A stretch of DNA of 10,810 bases from Octopus sinensis. Lineage: Eukaryota. Location: NCBI RefSeq assembly GCF_006345805.1, contig NW_021827292.1, forward strand, positions 1-10,810, written 5' to 3'. The position numbers were made by a program, and so were the translations under genes. The number at the start of each line of letters is the position of its first letter. Within the stretch, counting starts at the first letter, position 1. Below are positions 1-7,785 of the stretch, piece by piece. Below the pieces are notes generated by a model. The model did not search any database. It was not told the origin of the DNA and saw only the letters and a list, made by a program, of their open reading frames with translations.

Positions 1-186
1 TAAACGACTTTTGTCCTTCCCCACAAAAATATTATTATGGACACTTAATTGTTGTTGCGGATGATGCCGCGGTTGCAATTCGTGTTGCTATAGCTGTGCC
101 TAGTTTTTTCTATATATATATTCTCTTGCTTAGAACTTGTAGTTGTTTTGTTTCTGCTCTAGTTGCTGTTATGGATCTTACTCTTA

Positions 187-246
187 TGTGTGTATGTGTG
201 TGTGTGTATGTGTGTGTGCGGTGTGTGTGTGTGTGTGTGTGTGTGT
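187..246. repeat. (TG)n microsatellite
   Basis: About 60 bp of TG dinucleotide with a few interruptions, read directly. Confidence 0.95.
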
Positions 247-529
247 AACAGAAATACAGAAATGAGGTTTAAAATTTACGATAGCTGTTTCGGTAGACTT
301 TTATTGAAGCACTCATAGATTCTATCCTAGCATGTCAGCTGCAATCTTCCGGTACAATTTTTAACAGATATAAACAGGTGAGGTAAAACCTTGGTCATGA
401 TCACTCCAACCAACATTGTTCAGGTGCCAATACATATATAATAAAAACAAAGATTACAACTGAAATTGCAAAAAATTGGCAGAAAGCCTTTCAGTATTTT
501 TTCCGACTTTTTATCCTTTTTATCCTTAG

Positions 530-720
530 GGCAGTCGATTAACAGAATCATTATAGTGTCGGACAAAATACCTAACAGTATTTCTTCCGGCTCTTGACAC
601 GCGTGGCTGAAATCCTGGCGAATTCGAGTTCGGCTTTCGTCTTTCCGGTTTGTCCGTATTTGGGTGGCTCTGTAATCAACCGCCCCATCCCAAATTCTGG
701 TCTTGTGCCTGTCTGAAATC
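530..720 (+). mobile_element. Highly diverged tRNA-derived SINE, family A (same family as 5164-5368 and 6769-6998)
   Basis: 'agggcagtcgattaacagaatcatta...gtcggacaaaatacctaacagtatttcttcc...ccaaattctggtcttgtgcc' aligns by eye with the head ('ggcgtcgagctggcagaatcgtta') and tail ('ccaaattgctggtcttgtgcc') of the 5164 copy. Confidence 0.6.
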
Positions 721-892
721 GATTAATCTTATTACTAACCGTAATTTATGCACAAGAGTTTTACTTTGTTACTCATGTGTCTGTTGGTGTTTGTATTTCC
801 CTACGTACATGTGTATGTATGAAAACAGAGTACAAACGACGTTTGTACTCTGTGTAAGTTGAATATATTAATATCAATATTTATATGCTTAT

Positions 893-1034
893 GTAAGTAG
901 CTTGCTTACCAACCACATGGTTCTGGGTTCAGTCCCACTGCATGGCACCTTGAGTAAGTGTCTTCTACTATAGCCTCGGGCTGACCAAAGCCTTGTGAGT
1001 GGATTTGATAGACGGAAACTGAAAGAAGCTCGTC

Positions 1035-1035
<1 letters not shown>
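893..1035 (+). mobile_element. 5' half (tRNA-like head plus CORE-like segment) of composite SINE family B/C
   Basis: B-box-like 'gggttcagtccc', then 'caccttgagtaagtgtcttc' (similar to the CCTTGRGCAAG core of CORE-type SINEs), ending 'gacggaaactgaaagaagctcgtcg' before (TA)n. Homologous to 4345-4483 and 9906-9985. Confidence 0.8.

Positions 1036-1068
<33 letters not shown>
1036..1068. repeat. (TA)n microsatellite, probably the internal tract of the composite SINE
   Basis: Pure TA run directly after the family B half. Confidence 0.95.
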
Positions 1069-1071
<3 letters not shown>

Positions 1072-1082
1072 AAAAAAAAAAT

Positions 1083-1303
1083 TATTTTCTTCTTTCAGTC
1101 ATTTGACTGCGGCCATGCTGGGGCACCGTCTTTAATCGAACAACTCGACCCCGGGACTTATTCTTTGTAAGCCCAGTACTTATTCTATCGGTCTCTTTTG
1201 CCGAACCGCTAGGTGACGGGGACAATACACACCAGCATCGGTTGTCAAGCAATGCTAGGGAGACACACACAGACTCACAACACACACACATACACATACA
1301 TAC

Positions 1304-1344
<41 letters not shown>

Positions 1345-1381
1345 ATATATATATACGACAGGCTTCTTTCAGTTTCGTCAA
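1083..1381 (-). mobile_element. 5'-truncated antisense copy of composite SINE B/C (end of B half, internal microsatellite, C tail)
   Basis: 1093-1250 is the reverse complement of 1437-1595 (about 88-90% by eye). 1356-1380 'acgacaggcttctttcagtttcgtc' is the reverse complement of the end of the B half at 1010-1036. Confidence 0.85.
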
Positions 1382-1412
1382 CCAGTATACGTATGTGTGT
1401 GTATATGTATTG

Positions 1413-1624
1413 GTGTCTGTGTTTGTTCCCCAAATCGCTTGACAACCGATGCTGGTGTGTTTACGTCCCCGTAACTTAGCGGTTCGGCAAAAGAGACCGA
1501 TAGAATAAATACTAGGCTTACAAAGAATAAGACATGGGGTCGATTTCTTCGACTAAAGGCGGTGCTCCAGCATGGCTGCAGTCAAATGACTGAAACAAGT
1601 TAAAAAGTAAAGAGTAAAGAGTAA
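1413..1624 (+). mobile_element. 3' half (C tail) of composite SINE B/C ending in an (AAAGAGT)n-like tail
   Basis: 'cgcttgacaaccgatgctggtgtgtttacgtccccgtaacttagcggttcggcaaaagagaccgatagaata...gctccagcatggctgcagtcaaatgactgaaacaag' then 'aaagagtaaagagt'. Homologous to 1093-1250 (-) and 4870-5077 (+). Confidence 0.85.
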
Positions 1625-2055
1625 CTGAAAGTCTCCCTCCTTTTCTTTCACTCGTTTTGCCTGTATACATATACACCTATTTTGTATTTCAGACTCAAAC
1701 TATTATATCTAATACATTTAATATATATAATGTATACAATTTGTTTTGTCTGCACAATCCCCTTTATTCCCCCTGAGCTCGATCCCTCTTATCGCCTTTC
1801 TTTATCCTGTGGAATCGATCCCCTGTAAAGACATCGGTATTTAAGTTTGAATCTCTAAAGTCACTCTTCTTCACTACGGAGAATATAGGTGTGGACTATA
1901 CATATAACTATTTTAAATTTGTTTACGGGAAACGGTTTGAATATGCAATTAAAGCTCCAATTCCATTATGTCGACCACAGTCTCATGATGCTGACTGGTG
2001 AACCAGCCTTTTGGATTGCATCAAGCTGTATCGATATAATGTAGAATAAAAATAT

Positions 2056-2137
2056 TAATAATAACAATAATCCTTGGATGGAATTTATAAATCTTTTAAT
2101 GCAATTAAAATATATCCAAGGATTATTGTTATTATTA
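2056..2137. repeat. Perfect 24-bp inverted repeat with 34-nt spacer
   Basis: taataataacaataatccttggat (2056-2079) and atccaaggattattgttattatta (2114-2137) are exact reverse complements. Confidence 0.9.
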
Positions 2138-2142
2138 CCATA

Positions 2143-2198
2143 CGCACTCACACGTGCGCACGCACACACACACACACACACACACACCACTCACACGC

Positions 2199-2230
<32 letters not shown>

Positions 2231-2231
2231 G
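2143..2231. repeat. (CA)n microsatellite with CG interruptions
   Basis: Read directly. Confidence 0.95.
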
Positions 2232-2232
2232 C

Positions 2233-2430
2233 AGAGTTCAAACATTTACAGAAATTAAAAGACGAAGGCAAGTGAGGGAACGACAAGCAAGTATATTAGT
2301 TTGACGCTCAGGAAAATGGAAAAGCCTTTGACGTTTCGAGTCTACGCTCGTCGACAGAAAGGGTTGAGAGGGGGAAATGGAGAGATAACAAAAAAAAAAA
2401 GAATGTATAGTGATTAACGGTTCAACATGA
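2233..2430 (-). mobile_element. Short repeat copy 1 carrying a hammerhead-like motif (Penelope-derived or retrozyme-like, non-autonomous)
   Basis: Collinear similarity to 2900-3120 (tttac.gaaat..aaagacgaag.cag ... tattagt ... acgtttcgag.ctacgctc.tc.acagaaaggg ... A-rich ... tagtg..taacg). Contains the motif at 2325-2362. Confidence 0.65.
2325..2362 (-). ncRNA. Minimal type I hammerhead ribozyme-like motif, variant core, predicted GUC cleavage triplet
   Basis: Minus strand reads CCUUU-CUGUCGA-C-GAGC(GUAG)ACUC-GAA-ACGU-C-AAAGG: 5-bp stem I, stem II with one mismatch, palindromic ACGU in place of stem III. A6 is replaced by U. Confidence 0.65.
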
Positions 2431-2452
2431 TTGTGTGTGTGTGTGTGTGTGT

Positions 2453-2483
<31 letters not shown>
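2431..2483. repeat. (TG)n microsatellite
   Basis: Read directly. Confidence 0.95.
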
Positions 2484-2485
<2 letters not shown>

Positions 2486-2503
2486 TAGTGCGTGTGTAAA
2501 GTT

Positions 2504-2798
2504 GCGTGGCTTAGCGATTAGAGTATTCGGCTCACGGTCGGGTTCGATTCCTGGCGGCAGCAAGACACCTTATTTCACTTTATTGCCCTAGTCCACTCAG
2601 CTGGCAAAACTGAGTTGTATCTGTAATTCAAAGGACCAGCCTTGTCACATTCTGTGTCCATGCTGAATCGCCCGGATACTACGTTATAGGTACACGTGTC
2701 TGTGGAGTGCTCAGCCACTTGCACGTTAATATCACGAGCAGGGTGTTCCGTTGATCGGATCGCCTGGAACAGTTGTCGTCGTAACCAACGTAGTGCCA
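2504..2798 (+). mobile_element. tRNA-derived SINE, family D, near full length
   Basis: A-box-like 'tggcttagcgattag' and B-box 'ggttcgattcc', then 'gcaagacaccttatttcac...agtccactcagctggcaaaa' core and a GC-richer body ending 'gtcgtaaccaacgtagtgcca'. Its core is shared with 4500-4715 (-). Confidence 0.75.
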
Positions 2799-2816
2799 TT
2801 GTGCTTTCAATCTTCT

Positions 2817-2865
2817 ACATATATATACGTATATATATATATATATATATATCTATATATATATA

Positions 2866-2898
<33 letters not shown>
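2817..2898. repeat. (TA)n microsatellite
   Basis: Read directly. Confidence 0.95.
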
Positions 2899-2899
2899 C

Positions 2900-3120
2900 T
2901 AATAGGGAGAGTTTACGAAATAAACAAAGACGAAGCCAGGTTGTGTACGAAACAAAATATTATTAGTATAGAAAAAGTCAGGAATAGAAAAATCTTTTAC
3001 GTTTCGAGCCTACGCTCTTCTACAGAAAGGGACACAGAAAAAAAAACAAGGAGAGTAAAAAAAGGAGAGAAAAAAAGGAGAGAAAAAATGTCTGTAGTGG
3101 CTAACGATCTATCATAGTGA
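2900..3120 (-). mobile_element. Short repeat copy 2 carrying a hammerhead-like motif (Penelope-derived or retrozyme-like)
   Basis: Homologous to 2233-2430, with the motifs offset by 668 bp. Contains an internal (A7GGAGAG)-like tandem expansion at about 3040-3088. Confidence 0.65.
2994..3029 (-). ncRNA. Minimal type I hammerhead ribozyme-like motif, variant core, predicted GUA cleavage triplet
   Basis: Minus strand reads CUUU-CUGUAGA-A-GAGC(GUAG)GCUC-GAA-ACGU-A-AAAG: 4-bp stem I, perfect 4-bp stem II, palindromic ACGU. A6 is replaced by U. Confidence 0.7.
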
Positions 3121-3152
3121 CATATATATATACGTGTATACGTTTGTCCGTT

Positions 3153-3186
<34 letters not shown>

Positions 3187-3665
3187 TGTGTGTGTAAATC
3201 AAAGAATTTATATGGAAAAGAAAAAGAAGAATGCAGGCAGGTGGAAGGCGGATTTTGTTTAAAGACGAAAACTGTTCTGTGGCAAAGATTAACAGCTTGG
3301 AAACATCATTCTGATTAAAAGTACGGCTGTATGTATTTCTTCAGTTGTTGTTGTTCTTGTTGCTCTTTTTTGTGATTGGTGTTTGCTTCTGTATTTGGGG
3401 GAGGAAATGATGGTGAAAATGGCGCGTGCTTGCAATTGATAAAAACCAAAATGGCGCCCAGGTCAAATGTCTTGTGGCGGTTTACTGGGTTTGTTTCATT
3501 TCCTTCTTTCTTTTTCTCGTGATGTTTAAACTTTTGCATGTGACCGTTACACAGATAACCGAAAACGTTTGCTTTCCGCGATAATTCTAAAGATTAGAGA
3601 GATCACTCCCCCCCTCACCAACACCATTTATTCATTGATACTATTGAGTGTATGAATGCGTTCGT

Positions 3666-3689
3666 ACACACACATACATACATACATAC

Positions 3690-3732
<43 letters not shown>

Positions 3733-3907
3733 TATATATATAATATATATATATGTATGTATGTATGTATATCCATACATATGCATGTATAATGTGTTGT
3801 AACATACAGGCAATACACACACATACATATGTATATACAACACAAACACACATAAATGTATATACGTTTCTGCGCCTGCATCTACGTGTGTGTGTGTGTA
3901 CGTATGT
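3666..3907. repeat. Compound (CA)n/(TACA)n/(TA)n/(TATG)n/(TG)n microsatellite
   Basis: Read directly; explains the overlapping ORFs between 3615 and 3974. Confidence 0.9.
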
Positions 3908-4344
3908 AATGAGCAGGAAGTGTGAAGACGATGCTGATACACAAGTTGATATAAGTTTCCAAGGAGACGCTTGATGCTATAACTACGGGCGTGTGCGGAG
4001 CCTTACTCCCATGTGCACGCTTTTAAAGTCTCTCTCTCTCTCCCCTCTCTCTCTTCCACTATTTTTATCTTGTTCTGCCCCGTTCATATACACATACACC
4101 TACACAACTGTATATACAATGGACGTTTGCGCACAAGTGTGAACACTTACACGTGCGTGTGTGGAATTTGGAAGTGCCACTCGTAACAAAGAATTCCAGA
4201 GGAAAGGGATTAACTCATATCCACAAAGAAATGCCTCCCCATCAAAAAAAAAAATGTTAGGCAAACGGAAAAAGAAAGAAAGAAAGAAAGAAAGAAGAGG
4301 ACAACGATTGCGAGGGAATTTGTATTATTATTATATAATGGTAT

Positions 4345-4483
4345 GCATGGCAGTGTGGGTAAGAAGCTCGCTTTGCTGCGGGGCTTTGAGTTCAGTCCCA
4401 CTTTGCAGCACCTTGGGCAAGTGTCTTCTACCATAGCTCCGGATTTCCTATAGAATTTGGTAGACGGAAGCTGTGCAAAAGCC
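4345..4483 (+). mobile_element. Diverged 5' half of composite SINE B/C
   Basis: 'gcatggcagtgtgggtaagaagctcgc...gagttcagtcccac...caccttgggcaagtgtcttctaccatagc...atttggtagacggaagctg' matches 893-1035. Confidence 0.75.
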
Positions 4484-4499
4484 ATTACTATATGTAGCA

Positions 4500-4715
4500 A
4501 CAGACTATCGGATGATATTACTCATCGCTGGTCACAATGCGTTTCACATTGTTTTAGTTTTCGAATGATGTCCCGCTGATCAGACGAACATGCTAACATT
4601 CACCTTGACCGGAAGTCCATTCTGTCGTAGGGGTGATCCACTTGCGACCGAGTGGACTGGAACAATCTGAAACGAAGTATTTTGTTCAAGAATCAACTCC
4701 CATGGACGACGCCCT
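4500..4715 (-). mobile_element. Diverged SINE sharing the family D core but with a different 3' body
   Basis: Minus strand 'ttcttgaacaaaatacttcgtttcagattgttccagtccactcgg' resembles family D 'gcaagacaccttatttcac...agtccactcag'. The downstream body has no similarity to 2600-2798. Confidence 0.55.
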
Positions 4716-4869
4716 TTCACACACTCTCTCTCTCCCTCTTCCTCACACACACACGCATGCGCATACACACATACATATACAATGCATGTGTGTTGTGTGT
4801 ATATATAATATATATATATATTATATATATATATAATTATATATATATCATACATATTATATTTGTGTG

Positions 4870-5077
4870 TATGTGTCTTTGGGTCTCTTCTTCCCCATCG
4901 CTTGGCAACGGCTGTTGGTTTCTTTATGTCCTTTTAATCTCACGGCTCGGCAAAAGACATAGAATGAGTACGAAACTTTAAATAAATCTAATTAGTACAG
5001 GTGTCGATTTCTTCGAGACACCCTTCCAGGTTTTGCTCCAGCATGGCCGCCGACCAGTGACTGGAATAAGTAAATAG
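4870..5077 (+). mobile_element. Diverged 3' half (C tail) of composite SINE B/C
   Basis: 'catcgcttggcaac...cggctcggcaaaagacatagaatgagtac...gtcgatttcttcga...gctccagcatggccgc...gtgactggaataagtaaa' matches 1413-1624. Confidence 0.75.
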
Positions 5078-5163
5078 TTTTCCCTGCTGTTGTCTTACCC
5101 CTTATGCTAAAACTGAGACATTCGAACGCAATATTATTTCAATTATTATTCCGTAGAAGAGAA

Positions 5164-5368
5164 GGCGTCGAGCTGGCAGAATCGTTACCGCGCTGGGTAA
5201 GAATGCTTACCTTCATTTCGTCTGTCTGAACGGTTCGAGTTCAAATTCCACCGGGTCGACTTTGCTTTTCATTTTTTTGGGGTCGATAAAATAAATACCA
5301 GTCATGTACTGAGGTCGATCTAAATGACTTGCCCTCTCGTCCAAATTGCTGGTCTTGTGCCAAAATTG
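5164..5368 (+). mobile_element. tRNA-derived SINE, family A, with (TTA)n tail
   Basis: A-box-like 'tggcagaatcg', B-box 'gagttcaaattcc', central 'ggtcgactttgcttttcat...ggggtcgataaaataaataccag', tail 'ccaaattgctggtcttgtgccaaaattg' then ttattattat. Confidence 0.85.
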
Positions 5369-5460
5369 TTATTATTATGCTAATACTTGCAAATTTTGTT
5401 AGCAGATATTTTATCTTGATGTTTGGTGACAAGTTTCTAAAGTTTCAAGAATCGTACGTA

Positions 5461-5704
5461 AAGGTCGAGAACTGGCCGAGTCTTTAAAGTGTCGGAGAAT
5501 ATGTCTTCCGATTCTTTCGATTCGTTATTATTCATCATTACTTCCGATTCATTACGTTTTGAGTTCAAATTATGCCGAGGTGGACAGTCGCTTTCCATCC
5601 TTTCGGGGACAATGAAAGAAGTACCAGTTGAACATTGGGTACATGAAAGCAGCTTCCCTCTCTATTCAAAACTGCTGGCCTTGTGTCAAATTTACAAAAG
5701 AATT
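5461..5704 (+). mobile_element. Diverged SINE, family A (second of three tandem copies)
   Basis: 'ttacgttttgagttcaaattatgccgaggtggac...catcctttcgggg...aagtaccagttg...aaaactgctggccttgtgtcaaattt'. Confidence 0.75.
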
Positions 5705-5706
5705 AG

Positions 5707-5910
5707 AAGACGACGAGTTGGTAGAATCGTTAAGGAGCCGGTCAAAATGGTTAGTAGCGGTTACTTCAGCTTTACGTTCTGAGCTGAAATTCCGCTTAGA
5801 TCGATTTTACTTTTCATTAAAATTAGTGCCAGTCAAGTAATGGTCCCTCGATGGAATCGACTCAACCCGCCGCCACTTAAATTGCTAGCTTTGTGGTCAA
5901 ATTTGACACC
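5707..5910 (+). mobile_element. Diverged SINE, family A (third tandem copy)
   Basis: 'gacgacgagttggtagaatcgtta...ttacgttctgagctgaaattccgc...tcgatggaatcgactc...aaattgctagctttgtggtcaaatttga'. Confidence 0.75.
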
Positions 5911-6010
5911 GTCATTGCTAAAAGCATAGAACTCTACAATTTATTTTCAAGCAACTCAATTTTTTACAAAACATTCATATAAGACACTCGTCATTGATAA
6001 AATTTAAATT

Positions 6011-6037
6011 GTGTGTGTGTGTGTGTGTATGTGTGTG

Positions 6038-6075
<38 letters not shown>
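6011..6075. repeat. (TG)n microsatellite
   Basis: Read directly. Confidence 0.95.
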
Positions 6076-6078
<3 letters not shown>

Positions 6079-6109
6079 CTCTAGAATCTACAGTTCACAT
6101 ACACTAGAG

Positions 6110-6358
6110 CAGTGGTTTCCAAAGTGGGCAGTATTTCCCACCTGGGGGAGGTGGAAAGTTCCAAGAAAATTGGGACGATAATGGTGTGGAGATTCACGTA
6201 AAAACCACAAAATAATGGGTTTATTAGTTTAAGTTTTATTTGCTTTGAATTTGCTTCAGAAAGAGGTCTATGTTTGTGATGGCCAGTTGGGATGGGAGCA
6301 CTGGGAATGTGGCTTGGGGGTCAAGAGGGCGGCAGCCCCCAAAATTTGGTAACCACTG
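6110..6358. mobile_element. Non-autonomous hAT (Charlie-type) MITE, 249 bp
   Basis: TIRs CAGTGGTTTCCAAA (6110-6123) and TTTGGTAACCACTG (6345-6358) match at 13/14. Flanking 8-mers CACTAGAG (6102-6109) and GTCTAGAG (6359-6366) match at 6/8 and fit the NTCTAGAN target preference of Charlie elements. Confidence 0.85.
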
Positions 6359-6768
6359 GTCTAGAGTTTAGATTCCTTGACTTCGAATAGAAATTTCCAA
6401 CTCAGCCTCACATTGTGACGAGTTGGTTATCTCCCTTTCTATTGACGGCCACCAGAGGCATTAAGTGTCTCACTTTGTGTGCGTGTATATGTGTGTGTGT
6501 GTGAGTGTGTGGTGTGTGTGTATGCGTGTGTGCGTGTGTATGTGTAGACTTAGTTGCCTATGACTTTTTCGCTATTTTTCAATCTCCTGGTCAAGTCATC
6601 TAAATGCATGGAATCAAAGATTTTAGTTCGAAAGTTAATTTCTAAACGGGAAATCTTTCATGTCATGTGTGCTTGTCTCTGTGTAGTTGTGTGTGTAATC
6701 GTTGCTAATGACGAACGAGAGAGGTATTCAACATAATGGCGCATGCAATAGAGGTCCTGCTGTAACCT

Positions 6769-6998
6769 ATTTCTTTATTACCCACAAGGGGCTAAACATA
6801 GAGGGGACAAACAAGGACAGACATAGGTATTAAGTCGATTACATCGACCCCAGTGCGTAACTGGTACTTAATGTATCGACCCAGAAAGGATGAAAGGTAA
6901 AGTCGACCTCGGCGGAATTTGAACTCACAACGTAACGTCAGACGAAATACGGCTACGCATCTCGCCCGGAGTGCTAACGTTTCTGCCAGCTCCCCGCC
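6769..6998 (-). mobile_element. Full-length, apparently young SINE of family A with a target-site duplication
   Basis: Minus strand starts 'ggcggggagctggcagaaacgttagcac', has B-box 'gagttcaaattcc' and ends '...gtgggtaataaagaaat'. It is flanked by identical cctgctgtaacct at 6756-6768 and 6997-7009 (11-13 bp TSD depending on microhomology). Confidence 0.92.
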
Positions 6999-7332
6999 TG
7001 CTGTAACCTGTTCTGTACGGATGTCTACTGCGTGGGAGACACACCTGGTTAACAGGATCTTCAATTAACCCACCCCCCACTAAAAAAACGATTTATCTAT
7101 AAATACGAATGCACTCACACGCACACACACACTCAGGCACATACAGAAACATGCACAACATGCGCTCGCCACGCATGCGCACATAAGCACACGCATGCGC
7201 GCCTGCTCATGCTCTCGTTTATAGTTGTATACGCAGTTACGTTTGCACACCTTTTCATGGATATTATACAAAGTTATGAGCATTTCAAACGCTCTGCCCA
7301 TCATTCATTCTCCGTTGAAATAAAAATAGAGA

Positions 7333-7610
7333 ATGTTATACATACATACACCCATTCATATATACATACGTACACACATACATACACATACTACGTACAT
7401 GCATACAGACATATATACACACACATACACACATGTATGTATATATATGTATATATACAAATATATATATATATACCTACACACATACACGCACACGTAT
7501 ATGAGTAGCAATGCATATAGATAAAAATACACTCACACACATATGCATGTATATGTATGTATATATACATATATATACATACATATACATACATATCATA
7601 TATACATATA

Positions 7611-7669
<59 letters not shown>

Positions 7670-7785
7670 ATTATATATATATATATATATATGTATACAT
7701 ACACACACATACACGCACACATATATGAGTGACAATGCACATAGATAAAAATACACACACACACACACGCACATACATACATGTA
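7333..7785. repeat. Compound microsatellite containing a 224-bp-period tandem duplication
   Basis: 'acacatacacgcacac.tatatgagt..caatgca.atagataaaaatacac' occurs twice, with atgagt at 7501 and 7725. Confidence 0.85.

Noticed and set aside
270-350. Possible third hammerhead family: minus strand ...GUCUACC-GAA-ACAGCUAU-C (near-palindrome ACAGCUGU)
   Set aside because: The 3' half looks right, but there is no CUGANGA at a suitable position (only CUAUGA or CUGACAU) and no stem I. At most a decayed remnant.
1850-2030. Minus-strand 'LDAIQKAG' resembling the LD.IQ.RA motif of LINE ORF2
   Set aside because: Too short and interrupted by stops. Downstream motifs could not be recovered by eye.
2504-2560. 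tRNA gene suggested by A- and B-box motifs (also at 5164 and 6998)
   Set aside because: No complete cloverleaf and each continues into a repeat body, so these are SINE heads.
3315-3583. Hydrophobic plus-strand frames (e.g. CLVAVYWVCFISFFLFLVMF) and the minus-strand 74-aa ORF
   Set aside because: Hydrophobicity follows from T-rich composition. No in-frame start or convincing splice sites, and no known family recognised.
5489-5840. Overlapping ORFs of 97 and 70 aa
   Set aside because: They lie entirely within decayed family A SINE copies.
7160-7205. Repeated GCATGCGC (NRF1-like) motifs
   Set aside because: Embedded in a decaying (CA)n/(CG)n tract where such words arise readily.
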